The notes under the pieces are model-generated. The model worked only from the letters and a program-made list of their open reading frames with translations, was not told where the DNA came from and searched no databases. Below, in pieces: positions 26,837 through 36,844 of a stretch of 56,442 nt of DNA. The position numbers were made by a program, and so were the translations under genes. Source of the stretch: Candidatus Burarchaeum australiense (GTDB taxonomy: Archaea > Micrarchaeota > Micrarchaeia > Burarchaeales > Burarchaeaceae); NCBI GenBank assembly GCA_902386535.1, contig CABMJK010000024.1, positions 1 to 56,442 on the forward strand, read 5' to 3'. Position 1 is the stretch's first letter; every line of letters starts with the position of its first letter.

Positions 26837-28162
26837 TCAAGCCCTTCCTATGCCGAGATACTTGAAGCCCGCCTTTTTTAACGCCTTCTTGTCGAGAACC
26901 TGGCGGCCCTCGACGACGAGGCGGCCGCGCATGTATTTGAAGGCCGAGAGCGGAATCTTGCCGAAAGACTTCCACTCGGTCACGAGCGCGCACGCATCCG
27001 CATCCTTCAGGGCCTCTTTCGGGGAGTTGGCGTAGAGTATGGCGCCGCCGAGCTCGCGCCGCGCATTCTCGGCCGCCTTCGGGTCATAGGCAACCACGAG
27101 CGCACCTTTTTTCACCAAAGCCCGGGCCACCTTGATTGCGGCCGAGTCCCGTATGTCGTCGGTCTCGTCCTTGAAGGCAAGGCCCAGCAGCGCAATGCGC
27201 TTGCCGCTGAGCGAGCCGAGGCCGCGCTCGAGCAGGTCGACAACGCGGAAGGGCTGGAGCTCGTTCACGCCCATCACCGCGTCCAGGATGGCAGTCCGCG
27301 AGCCCCGCTTCTTGGCCTCGTAGATGAGCGAACTCACGTCCTTCTTGAAGCACGAGCCGCCGAAGCCCGCGCCCGCGTTCAGGAAAGCGCGGCCTATGCG
27401 CCGGTCATAGCCCATGCCGTCGGCCACTTCGTAAACGTCGATTCCGAACTGCTCGCACATGTTCGCGAGCTCGTTGGCAAAGGAAATTTTAGTTGCGAGG
27501 AAGGAGTTGCTGGCGTATTTTATCATTTCGGCGGTGCGCAGGCCCGTTTTGATTAGCGGCACCTTCACGCCGGCATAGAGCCGCCCGACTGCGTCCACGT
27601 CCTTGCGTTCGTTGCCGCCCACCACGATGCGGTCGGGCTGCAGGAAATCATTGACCGCACTGCCCTCGCGCAGGAACTCGGGGTTCATGCACATGCCGAA
27701 ATCCGGCGCGGCCGCCTCGCGCAGGAGCTGGTCCAGCGATTCGCTCGTGCCAGGAGGCACAGTGCTCTTCACAATCACGACGTGTCTTTTCTTTGCCTTG
27801 GATTTCCTGCTGTTAACGTGTTTGTCATGCAATGCCTTGCCGAGTTCCGAGGCCGCGCGCCGGATGATGGACAGGTCGGTGGAACCATCTTCAGCTGAGG
27901 GCGTGCCCACGCACAGGAAAGAGAAGTCCGCCTGCGTGACCGCCTCCGACAGCGAGGTCGTGGCAACCAGCGCATGGCGCTTCAGGCTGCGCTTGAGCAG
28001 CTCGTCAAGGCCCGGCTCGTAGATGGGCGACTTGCCCGCATTTATGAGCGCTACCTTGCGGTCGTCCAGGTCAACGCACCAGACGCGGTGGCCGAGTTCG
28101 GCAAAGCAGGCGCCAGTGACCAGCCCGACATAGCCCGTGCCGACCACGCACAAATCAGCCAT
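26837..28162 (-). CDS. ugd: UDP-glucose/GDP-mannose 6-dehydrogenase
   Basis: GTGYVGL, KSTVPPG, NPEFLREG, AEMIKY, GFGGSCF, GLAFK..TDD.R. Confidence 0.93.
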   Translation of the reverse strand: MADLCVVGTGYVGLVTGACFAELGHRVWCVDLDDRKVALINAGKSPIYEPGLDELLKRSLKRHALVATTSLSEAVTQADFSFLCVGTPSAEDGSTDLSIIRRAASELGKALHDKHVNSRKSKAKKRHVVIVKSTVPPGTSESLDQLLREAAAPDFGMCMNPEFLREGSAVNDFLQPDRIVVGGNERKDVDAVGRLYAGVKVPLIKTGLRTAEMIKYASNSFLATKISFANELANMCEQFGIDVYEVADGMGYDRRIGRAFLNAGAGFGGSCFKKDVSSLIYEAKKRGSRTAILDAVMGVNELQPFRVVDLLERGLGSLSGKRIALLGLAFKDETDDIRDSAAIKVARALVKKGALVVAYDPKAAENARRELGGAILYANSPKEALKDADACALVTEWKSFGKIPLSAFKYMRGRLVVEGRQVLDKKALKKAGFKYLGIGRA

Positions 28163-28214
28163 GCAGGGCATTTGTGCAATCGCTTTTATATCTATATTCA
28201 GATAAGCACGGGCC

Positions 28215-29219
28215 ATGGGAAAACCGGCACTTTACGCAGTTACCCTTTTCGGGATTTCGGTCGCCATCGTCTTAGTTTCGGCAATAATTTTTTTCCTGAT
28301 GCCCAATACGGAATATAGCCGCGGTGCACAGGTTTGGCAGGATGCCGCCAGCTGGCTTGCGGTCTTTGCAGTCGCAATAATCTTCCTCGACTTCGCCTTT
28401 CTCTCGCACTGGGGCAGGGCCAAGCGCACGGTCAGATACGACCCGATTGAGAACCCGAAGGTCACGGTGTGCATGCCAGCCTACAACGAGGCCAGCGTGA
28501 TTGGCAGGGCTGTGAGCGAGTTCAGGAAAGCCGGGATTCCGAATTTGAGCGAGGTCGTCGTGCGCGTGGCATATCCCACGACCGACGATACCGCGGCAAT
28601 CGCCAAGAAGGCTGGGGCGCGCATCGTGATGGGAAAAGCGGATGAGCACGGCTACGGCTATGCGTGCATGCACGCGCTTGCCGAGGCTGCGAAAGGGCCG
28701 GGCGGAGAGGAAGGCGGCGTGAAAGGCGGTGCTGCCGGCCGGGCAAAAGGAAAACCAGATGTCGTGATTCTGTGCGAGGGCGACGGCACGTTCAGCGCAG
28801 TAGACGCCAAGAAGCTGCTGGCCTACATCGAGAATGCCGACATGGTCGTGGGCACGAGGACAGTGGTCGAGGTGCTCGACCCGGACTCGCAGGTCGACTG
28901 GTTCATAAACTGGGGCAACAAGTTCATCGCAAGGATGCTGCAGATGCGCTATTGGGGCAGGGTGAGGCTCAGCGACGTGGGCTGCACATACCGGGCCATA
29001 AGGCGCGACGCGCTCGAGCGCCTGATGCCGAAGCTGCACGACGGCGGGAACACGTTCTCGCTGCACATGCTGCTCGTGGCCCTGGACAACGGCCTGACGC
29101 TGCTCGAGGTGCCCGTGACCTTCAGGCAGAGGGTCGGGGAAAGCAAGGGCGTGGGGAACGCGAAGGTGAAGGGCTTTCTGGTCGGCCTGAGGATGCTGTG
29201 GAGCATATTCATGCACTAG
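28215..29219 (+). CDS. GT2 polyprenol-phosphate glycosyltransferase (DPM1-like) with N-terminal TM helices
   Basis: MPAYNE, GYG.A, EGDGT, VVGTR, SDVGCTYRA, EVPV.F..RVGESK. Confidence 0.85.
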   Translation: MGKPALYAVTLFGISVAIVLVSAIIFFLMPNTEYSRGAQVWQDAASWLAVFAVAIIFLDFAFLSHWGRAKRTVRYDPIENPKVTVCMPAYNEASVIGRAVSEFRKAGIPNLSEVVVRVAYPTTDDTAAIAKKAGARIVMGKADEHGYGYACMHALAEAAKGPGGEEGGVKGGAAGRAKGKPDVVILCEGDGTFSAVDAKKLLAYIENADMVVGTRTVVEVLDPDSQVDWFINWGNKFIARMLQMRYWGRVRLSDVGCTYRAIRRDALERLMPKLHDGGNTFSLHMLLVALDNGLTLLEVPVTFRQRVGESKGVGNAKVKGFLVGLRMLWSIFMH

Positions 29220-29229
29220 GTGCTGGCTG

Positions 29230-30882
29230 ATGGACTGGGACAGACGAGAACTCGTTGTAGTTTTTGCAATCCTGCTGATCGCGCTCTTCCTGCGCCTGCA
29301 GGACATCGACAGGCCGCTTTACGGCGATGAGGCGGACTGGTACAAGAGCGCGCTCATCATAGTGGACGGAAACCAGCAGTGGCAGAACACGTTCATACCC
29401 GACAGCCCGCCGCTGGGCAAGGCGATTTTCGTTTCCTTCTATTCTCTCGACGTGAAGAACGTGCGCTACGTGCCGCTGCTGTTCGCCATGGCCTCGCTGG
29501 TGGTGGCCTACCTGCTGGCACGGGAATATTTCGGGAAGCCGAGCGCGCTTTTCGGCCTCGCGATTCTCGCGGTCTCGGTTTACGGGGTTTTGGGCGCGCA
29601 GCAGGTCGACCGCGATGGCGGGATGCTGGCCTTCACCGCGATGCTGACTTTCTATAGTTATCTGAAATATGCCGGTTCTAGAGACTCGGGTGCAGGTGCC
29701 GGCAAGCGAAGCGGGGGTTGGCTTCTGCTGACCAGCCTCTCCTTCATCGCCTCGGTGCTCCTGCGGCTGAACATGGTCATGCTGGTCGTGCCGATTTTCG
29801 CGCTCGAATACGTGAACGGGAAAAACAAAACGAAAAAAACAGGCAAGGCCGCGCTTTGGGCGCTGGAAAGGCTCGTTCCTTTCGCAATCGCATTTGCAGT
29901 CGCGCTCGTGCTTTGGCTTTTGCTCGACAGCGCGCTCGGCCTGCCCACGATGGCAAGAACTTTCGACCATTACTTCTCTTATGCGACGAGCGCGAACCAG
30001 GACTTGACCTCCAGGCTCCTGAGAACCGTGGTTTCCGCCGGCCGCGTGATTGCAAGGCTCACGGCACCCCTGGCGCTCGCACTCTGGTTCAGTGCATGGT
30101 GGTTCTGGACGAGAAGGAAGGAGCTGGGCAAGGAAGAGAGGAACCTGCTCGTGGTCCTGTTTGCCTGGATGGGGCTCGGGGTGCTGCAGACACTGCTCGT
30201 CACGCAGGGCAACGTGCCCGCCTACTTTGCATCCATGTTCCCGGCAGTCGCGCTCGTGGTAGGCCACTTCTGCGCCAAGGCGAGGCCATTCGGTCTTGCA
30301 CAGCTTGCGGCAGCCGCGGGCGCGGTGCTAGCCTATTGCGCATTGCTCATGCAGCTGGATTTCAACGAGGTCAACCTGCTGCTCCTGCCGGCCGCGGGCC
30401 TGGGCGCGTTCGTGCTCGCCGCGCTGTATTGGCTGCTTGACCGGAACCTGGCAAGGGTCACGGTCGTGCTCGTGGTGATGTCGCTGTTCGCCTCCGCATT
30501 CATGCTCACTGGCTTCCGCACTTACGACATGCTACGCTCTCAGGCAGTGGCAGATGCCTCAACCTACCTCAACTCCGTGGGTGCGCAGAAAATAGCGGAG
30601 TCGCAGGAGAGGACCCTGGACCTCTACGCAAGCGGCGGGGTGGTCCAGTACGATGCGGGGAAGTGCGTGAAAATGGATGGCAGGCCGTGCGGCCCGGAGG
30701 ACAGCACGTTCCCAGCAGGATTTTACGTGGTGGATTTCCCGCTCCGGCCGCTGAACCTAGACCCGGCCATTGGCGCGCGGTTCAGGTTCAACCTTTTCGA
30801 CAAGAGCGGCGTGGAGGGATGCGAGCTTGCGAGGACTTACGTTGTGAACGAGATTGTCGTGAGCGAATTCTACAAATGCTGA
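29230..30882 (+). CDS. Multi-pass GT-C (PMT/ArnT-like) glycosyltransferase
   Basis: LR after TM1, DE motif (YGDEADW), PPLGK, many TMs. Confidence 0.72.
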   Translation: MDWDRRELVVVFAILLIALFLRLQDIDRPLYGDEADWYKSALIIVDGNQQWQNTFIPDSPPLGKAIFVSFYSLDVKNVRYVPLLFAMASLVVAYLLAREYFGKPSALFGLAILAVSVYGVLGAQQVDRDGGMLAFTAMLTFYSYLKYAGSRDSGAGAGKRSGGWLLLTSLSFIASVLLRLNMVMLVVPIFALEYVNGKNKTKKTGKAALWALERLVPFAIAFAVALVLWLLLDSALGLPTMARTFDHYFSYATSANQDLTSRLLRTVVSAGRVIARLTAPLALALWFSAWWFWTRRKELGKEERNLLVVLFAWMGLGVLQTLLVTQGNVPAYFASMFPAVALVVGHFCAKARPFGLAQLAAAAGAVLAYCALLMQLDFNEVNLLLLPAAGLGAFVLAALYWLLDRNLARVTVVLVVMSLFASAFMLTGFRTYDMLRSQAVADASTYLNSVGAQKIAESQERTLDLYASGGVVQYDAGKCVKMDGRPCGPEDSTFPAGFYVVDFPLRPLNLDPAIGARFRFNLFDKSGVEGCELARTYVVNEIVVSEFYKC

Positions 30883-30966
30883 TGGCTTTCGCAATGCTAA
30901 TGGTTAATAAGCGGGCAAGAAGGAGAGAAAGCGTTGCAGGAATGAGGTGCGCAAGAGGGAAAACAT

Positions 30967-31947
30967 ATGAAAATCCTTGTGACCGGCGCCGCGGGCTTCA
31001 TCGGTTCCCATCTGGTCGAGGCGCTTTTGGCGCGCCCGCTTTCTGCAGGGGCAGAAAGGGGCCCCTTTCCCGAAGGGAAAGAGGGCGGGCACGAGGTTGT
31101 GGGCTATGACAACCTGTGCTCCGGCAGGATGGAAAATCTGGCGGACGCGAGCAGGAGCAAACGTTTCTCCTTCATAAAAGGCGACATACTGGATCCTTCC
31201 AAACTGGTGCCTGCCTGCAAGGGCGTCGAGCGCATCTATCATCTGGCCGCAGACCCGCTGGTGAAGGAGAGCGCGGAAAATCCGGCCAACTCCTTTGAGC
31301 AGAACGTTGTCGGAACTTTCCGGGTGCTCGAGGCGGCGCGGCTGAAGGGCGCCAAGAGTTTCGTGCTGACTTCCAGCTCCACGGTTTACGGGGATGCAAA
31401 GGAGATTCCGACCCCGGAAACCGCACCGCTCGAGCCCGTAAGCAACTATGGCGCGAGCAAGCTGGCGGGCGAGCACTACTGCGCAGCCTATGCGCACACC
31501 TACGGCATCCGCGCTACCGCGGTCAGGTATGCCAACATTTTCGGCGAGAGGAGTGGGCACGGCGTGATGCGCGACTTCTACTTCAAGCTAAAGCGCAACC
31601 CGAAGGAGCTCGAAATCCTTGGCAATGGGAAGCAGGACAAGTCATACCTCTACGTGGAAGACGCCATCGAGGCCACGCTCCTCGCGGTCGAGAGGCAGAA
31701 GCTCGCATTTGACGCGTTCAACATCGGCAGCAGGGAGAAGCACAAGGTGGATGAGATTGCGCTGCTGATTGCGGGCATCATGCGCGCGAAGCCGAAGCTC
31801 GCGCACGGCGGCGGGGCGCGGGGCTGGGCCGGCGATGTGCCAATCATGCTTTTATCGACGAAGAAAATCGAGAGGCTGGGCTGGAGGCCGAAAGTGAAAT
31901 TCGAGGATGGCGTGAAGCGCTATTTGGACTGGCTTGCCGCTAATTAG
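30967..31947 (+). CDS. NAD-dependent epimerase (GalE-like)
   Basis: TGAAGFIGSH, HLAADP, SSSTVYG, YGASK, GW.GDV. Confidence 0.9.
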   Translation: MKILVTGAAGFIGSHLVEALLARPLSAGAERGPFPEGKEGGHEVVGYDNLCSGRMENLADASRSKRFSFIKGDILDPSKLVPACKGVERIYHLAADPLVKESAENPANSFEQNVVGTFRVLEAARLKGAKSFVLTSSSTVYGDAKEIPTPETAPLEPVSNYGASKLAGEHYCAAYAHTYGIRATAVRYANIFGERSGHGVMRDFYFKLKRNPKELEILGNGKQDKSYLYVEDAIEATLLAVERQKLAFDAFNIGSREKHKVDEIALLIAGIMRAKPKLAHGGGARGWAGDVPIMLLSTKKIERLGWRPKVKFEDGVKRYLDWLAAN

Positions 31948-31957
31948 TTGCCAGCTC

Positions 31958-34693
31958 CTAATCCTTCAGCTTGTAGATTCGCACCGGCAGCGAGGCTCCG
32001 AACTGCGCGTTTTCAGCCTGATAGGGATAGACCTGCTCGAAGCCGTCGATGTGGCCAAGGAAGAAGCCCTGGTAGAAGACCGAGTCGTAGGCCAGGCCGG
32101 CCCTGTCCTCATAGCCCTGGCCCACCGGCGGGTAGATTACGAGGAATTGCTCGTAATTCCTGCCGTCGTTGAGCGTCGCCGACCCCTGGTCAAGAAGGAG
32201 GCCGCGGTTCTGCGTGCCGTTTTCCGCATAGGCCATTACGAGCTGGTTCTGCCCATTCTGGACGTAATTGCCCACGCAGTAGCCCGCAGGCCGTATGCTT
32301 GAGGCCGCACGTATGAGCGTGAAATTGGCCCCGCCAATGTTGCAAACGTCGGCCGGAGTGGGCTCGAGGGGCACGTAAACGCGTTCGAAGGAATGCTGGA
32401 CTTCGCAGGGCGACGTGCCGACCTGGTGCGGTATGAACTGCGTCTGGTTGTTCTGCACGCACGAAAGATAGACGAGCGCGCCCCACTTCCCGATGAGGTC
32501 CTGGTCCAGGAGCAGGTATTTCGCCTGGTGCTCGCGCATCCATGCGGCCGCGTTCGCGGGCGTGTTCGAAACCAGCAGGTCAGCCATCTGCAAATCCAGA
32601 TATGGATACTGGTGGTCGTTGCGCGTGACGGTCTTGCGCTGGCCGAAGAAGTTCGTCCAGTGCCCATAATCCCACCAGTGTATCACGCGGTCATTCTCGG
32701 GCACGTTGTTCCTTATCCAGTCCATGGGGTCCATCCACCATTGGGGTATGCGCGAGCAGTAGAGGTAATAGGCCTCGTTGAGCGCCGTAGCCCGCTCCCC
32801 GGACAGGAACTCGATTCCGTTCGACTGTATCACAGGGCTGAGCGCGTTGCAGTCCACTATCTGCTCGCCATTGGAAGTAGTATAGATGGCAGGATTCATG
32901 GATGCCTGCACCAAGAGAACCGACGGCCAGGCAGTAAGCAGCACGAGCGCACAGCCGATGGCGAATGCGCCGTTCTCGAAAAACGCCTTCCGCTTCTCGT
33001 CCTTGGTCGTCTCCTGCAGCAGGCGCACGAAGCCGGCGAGCAGGACCACGAAGCCGATTATCACCGCGGCCGCGAGCTGAAGCACGTATTTTATCTTGCC
33101 CAGGCCGACCCAGACCACGGGCAGCACCATGAATGCGAAGAGCAGGGAGTATTTCGAGTCGCGGTACCAGGCAAGATACAGTGCGGCCAGCGCAGGAAGC
33201 AGGAGCAAAATCATGCCGTTCTGGCCCGAGAGCAGGCCCGCGTCAAACAGCCACTTGAAAGGCGTGCCCAGGGGCCCGAGCGCGGCCACGAAATCATTTC
33301 CCGTGCCGCCCTCCTCTGCCACGGTGTTTGCAAGCGGGTCGTTGGGCACTGCCTGCGAGGCCGCGCTCTGCACGTAGCCAAGAACGGATTGACCGACCGC
33401 AGGTATTGGGCCTATCTGTGGGATGAACAGTGCGAGCACAGCAAGGCCGAGCAAAAGCGCCAGGTAATTGGTCTTGTCGGCTTCCAGGTCAACGAGCTTG
33501 GACAACTCTATCAGGTAGACTGGAAATAGCAGGACTTTTTCGTGCACCTGCCACTCGCGCTTGTGGCTGAGCTTGTCGGCGATGGCCCAGAGAGCGAAGT
33601 AGAAGTAAAGCGCGCCGATCAGAGGAATTATGTCCGTCGGAATGTAGGGCGAGGTGGCAAACAGTGAAAGCAGTATTTGGGCAGCCACGCCAAAGGCAAT
33701 GATGATCGCGTTCGTCTCCAGGAACTTCCAGCTCATCCTGCCCTTCAGGTAATCGATGATGCCCTGAACCGTTATGTAGCCGGCCATGAGCAGGTAGGCC
33801 TGCACATCGGATTTCGAGCCCAGCGTGAGCGAGGCCAGCGCAATTCCGGCCAAAATGGCCGCGCGCCGGTTTTGCCTGCTTATGGCAAGCACATAGGCGG
33901 CGTAGAAGAAGAAGGCGCCGAAGACGCCCCAGGGCGTCTGCTCCTGCTCGCCGGCAGCCAGCTTTTCTATCAGCCTGGGCGCAAAGGCAATCAGGCCTGC
34001 GGCTATGACGCCCATTTTACGCCCGTAGGGCTCGGCAAGAAGCAGGAAGGCAAAGAAAACAGTGGCAGCCGCGACCGCCGGCGGATAAATGCTCTGGGCA
34101 AAGTAGAGAGAGTAGAGGTCAAAGGGCTTGCCGCCGGAATAGATGGAATACCACTCGGCGCCCAGGTAGTTGGAAAGCGGAGGGACGCGGTGGGAGGTCG
34201 GGTTCGGATACCAGGCAAGGTCGTCGAACTGCGGAATCGCGCCCTGCTGCACTATGAACTGCGTGGCGCGCGTGTAGTAATACGGGTCGAACTCGTAGAA
34301 GTACGGGCCCGCGTTTGTCGGGAACGCGCTTTGCAGCCGGATGTAGAATGCGAAGAGCATGAAGAGAAGGACTATGACCCACTGCCAGTCCTTGCTCAAG
34401 CTGAACTTGAATTCGAGCGGAAACACTTTCTCGGTGAAGCAGAGCACGAGGCCCAGGATGCTGAGCAGCAGGGTGTTCAGCAGGAAAAGCTCGTAGGAAT
34501 ACAGGATGCCGAAGAAAGATTCAAACATGAGCAGGAAAGGAGGTATGATGAGGCCCAGCGCAAAGCCCACGCCCAGCGCCTCGGGCACGCCCATCTTCAG
34601 CTTTTTCAGCAGGGGCAGGGCGAGCAGGAAGCCAGGAATCAGGATGGAAAGTAACGCAGGTATGCCTGCAAATAGGAAGTCCTGAAAAGCCAT
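31958..34693 (-). CDS. aglB: Oligosaccharyltransferase AglB (STT3 family)
   Basis: EFDPYY, TVAEE, WWDYG, DLIGK (DK motif), many TMs plus extracellular domain. Confidence 0.93.
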   Translation of the reverse strand: MAFQDFLFAGIPALLSILIPGFLLALPLLKKLKMGVPEALGVGFALGLIIPPFLLMFESFFGILYSYELFLLNTLLLSILGLVLCFTEKVFPLEFKFSLSKDWQWVIVLLFMLFAFYIRLQSAFPTNAGPYFYEFDPYYYTRATQFIVQQGAIPQFDDLAWYPNPTSHRVPPLSNYLGAEWYSIYSGGKPFDLYSLYFAQSIYPPAVAAATVFFAFLLLAEPYGRKMGVIAAGLIAFAPRLIEKLAAGEQEQTPWGVFGAFFFYAAYVLAISRQNRRAAILAGIALASLTLGSKSDVQAYLLMAGYITVQGIIDYLKGRMSWKFLETNAIIIAFGVAAQILLSLFATSPYIPTDIIPLIGALYFYFALWAIADKLSHKREWQVHEKVLLFPVYLIELSKLVDLEADKTNYLALLLGLAVLALFIPQIGPIPAVGQSVLGYVQSAASQAVPNDPLANTVAEEGGTGNDFVAALGPLGTPFKWLFDAGLLSGQNGMILLLLPALAALYLAWYRDSKYSLLFAFMVLPVVWVGLGKIKYVLQLAAAVIIGFVVLLAGFVRLLQETTKDEKRKAFFENGAFAIGCALVLLTAWPSVLLVQASMNPAIYTTSNGEQIVDCNALSPVIQSNGIEFLSGERATALNEAYYLYCSRIPQWWMDPMDWIRNNVPENDRVIHWWDYGHWTNFFGQRKTVTRNDHQYPYLDLQMADLLVSNTPANAAAWMREHQAKYLLLDQDLIGKWGALVYLSCVQNNQTQFIPHQVGTSPCEVQHSFERVYVPLEPTPADVCNIGGANFTLIRAASSIRPAGYCVGNYVQNGQNQLVMAYAENGTQNRGLLLDQGSATLNDGRNYEQFLVIYPPVGQGYEDRAGLAYDSVFYQGFFLGHIDGFEQVYPYQAENAQFGASLPVRIYKLKD

Positions 34694-34723
34694 CCTCTCA
34701 CTCAGGCGTATTTTCGCAGTAAA

Positions 34724-34735
34724 GTTATTAATAAC
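34724..34735. promoter_or_regulatory. Palindromic bidirectional TATA element between aglB and the geranylgeranyl reductase gene
   Basis: Perfect 12-bp palindrome GTTATTAATAAC between divergent starts. Confidence 0.6.
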
Positions 34736-34755
34736 GCCTTTTGCGAAGTCAAGGC

Positions 34756-35874
34756 GTGCGAGTTTCCATCGTGGGTGCCGGCCCCGCAGGATGCGCCGCC
34801 GGTGCGCGGGCCGCGGAGCTGGGCAGCCGCGTGCGCATTTACGAGGAGCACAAGGTCGTGGGCGAGCCCGTGGCCTGCTCGAGCATAGTCTCGAGAAAGG
34901 GCCTCGAGGCCTGCGGCGTGCCCTACGAGCCCGTGACCTTTAACCGCCTCAGGGGTGCCATCATCCACCTGCCGAACGACATAGTTCTGCGCGTGAAGGC
35001 AAGGCACGACGTGGCGAATGTCTTCGACAGGGCGAAATACGACAAGCTGTGCGCGAAGAAGGCCGAGAAGGCGGGCGCCGAGATAGTGGTCAACAGCAAA
35101 TGCGGGGTGCGCGAGCTGAAAAAACTCGCGGGCGAGGGCGCGCTGATTGGCGCTGACGGCTATTACTCGCTGACGGCGAAGACCTTCGGCTTCCCGCCCA
35201 TCAGCGACTACGTATTCTGCTACCAGGAGGAGCGCGAGGACGCGCATTTCGAGGACCACGAAAGCGTGCACGTGTTCGTTTCCGGCTCGCTGCTGCCGGG
35301 CTTCTTCGGCTGGGCCATCCCGCTCGGCAAGGACAGGGCGCGGGTCGGGTGCGGGGTCGGCATGGGTCACAACGCGAAAGAGGCTTGGGTGAAATTGATC
35401 TAGCATGAGAAGGTCCTGCAGGAGGTGCTCGACGGCACGAGCGTGATGAGCAGGCTGGGCGGCGTGATTCCGGGCCGCGTGAGATACCAGACCGTGGAGC
35501 GCAAGGTCATGCTCGTCGGGGACGCGGCAGGGCAGACCAAGGCGACTACCGGTGGGGGCATTTATTTCGGCAGCATGTGCGGCAGGCTCGCGGGCGAGAT
35601 TGCGGCGCGGGCGAAGAGGGAGGACGAGCTTGCGGAATATGAGAAAGAGTGGCGGGCGCGCTATGGGCGGGACCTGATGCTGCACAGGCGCCTGCGCGAT
35701 TTCGCGGACAACATGGATGACGGGCAGTTGGCCGCCTATGCGACCATTGCCAGGGGCCTCGGGGCCGAGCACTTCCTTGCTGCGCACGGGGACATGGACT
35801 CGCCCGATGCCATGCTGGCGAGCTTCAAGAAAAGCAACCCCCTCGCGCACCTGGTTACGAGGCTGTTCGGCTAG
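34756..35874 (+). CDS. Geranylgeranyl reductase family FAD oxidoreductase, interrupted by one in-frame TAG at 35401-35403
   Basis: IVGAGPAG, DR..D, GADG, PGFFGWAIP before the TAG; GGVIP and LVGDAAGQTKATTGGGI after it in the same frame; 372 aa if read through. Confidence 0.88.
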
Positions 35875-35942
35875 GGCGCGGGCCGCACAGCGTTATTAAT
35901 TTTTTCACAGGTATGGAAGGATTGAGGAAAGATTGAAGACGA

Positions 35943-36024
35943 GATGGAAGTGCAGGAGTTTGAAGGCAGGACGGAAGTGTAGGGGTTTTGAAGGCGCGAT
36001 GAAAGTGCAGGGATTCGAAGACGT
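35943..36024. repeat. Three degenerate 27-28 bp tandem units upstream of uppS
   Basis: GATGGAAGTGCAGGAGTTTGAAGGCAG / GACGGAAGTGTAGGGGTTTTGAAGGCGC / GATGAAAGTGCAGGGATTCGAAGACGT. Confidence 0.75.
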
Positions 36025-36030
36025 GATGGA

Positions 36031-36723
36031 ATGGCATTTGCCCGGCCAAAGCACATTGCGGTGATACCCGATGGCAACCGCAGGTGGGCGCGCAAGCACG
36101 GAAAGAGCCCGGTCGAGGGCCACGAGGCAGGCATAGACAACCTGGGCAACCTGCTCAAATGGTGCAGGGAGTTCGGGGTCAGGGAGTGCACGGCATGGGG
36201 CTTTTCGACCGAGAATTTTGACAGGCCGCCGAGCGAAGTCTATGGCCTCATGAAGCTATTCGAGAAGAAGCTGCGCGAGTTCGAGAAGAATGACGACTTG
36301 CGCAAAAATAAAATCCGGGTGTGCGTGCTTGGGGATTTGGGCAGATTTCCTTCGGGACTTCGCAATAAGATAATGGAGCTGGAAAAAAGCACGGAGAAGC
36401 ACGACAAGTATCGCTTCAACGTCCTGCTCAGCTATGGCGGGAGGAAGGAGCTCCTGGATGCGGTCAACCGCGCGCTTGCGGGCGGGGCGCGCCATGTGGA
36501 TGATGCATCGTTCCGCAAATTGCTCTGGACCGGCGCGCTTTCGTCAGACCCCGACCTCGTAATCCGCACCGCGGGCGAGAGCAGGACCTCGGGCTTCCTG
36601 CCCTGGCAGAGCGCCTACAGCGAATATTACTTCTCCAAGAAGCTGTGGCCGGATTTCGGGCGCGCGGATTTCGTGAGTGCGCTGAGGGATTACTCGAAGA
36701 GAAAAAGGAGATTCGGGAAATGA
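36031..36723 (+). CDS. uppS: cis-prenyltransferase (polyprenyl diphosphate synthase)
   Basis: HIAVIPDGNRRWA, FSTENF.R, YGGR.E, DLVIRT.GE.RTSGFL.WQ.AYSE, RRFG. Confidence 0.95.
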   Translation: MAFARPKHIAVIPDGNRRWARKHGKSPVEGHEAGIDNLGNLLKWCREFGVRECTAWGFSTENFDRPPSEVYGLMKLFEKKLREFEKNDDLRKNKIRVCVLGDLGRFPSGLRNKIMELEKSTEKHDKYRFNVLLSYGGRKELLDAVNRALAGGARHVDDASFRKLLWTGALSSDPDLVIRTAGESRTSGFLPWQSAYSEYYFSKKLWPDFGRADFVSALRDYSKRKRRFGK

Positions 36724-36844
36724 GTGCGGGCGGAAGGAACGATAGGAAGAGAAGGTTCGGAGGATGACTCTGCGGCAGAGATAAACTATTGGTTTAGCTG
36801 GAAGAAACGGAACTGCAAAAAGGGCCTGGAGCGAACGTGAGACC

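Noticed and set aside
35943-36024. CRISPR mini-array
   Set aside because: The units are adjacent, degenerate and lack unique spacers; there are no cas genes.
36764-36844. Upstream in-frame ATG for the DUF192 gene interrupted by TAA at 36782
   Set aside because: The DUF192 domain is complete from 36845 and the extension has no recognisable features.
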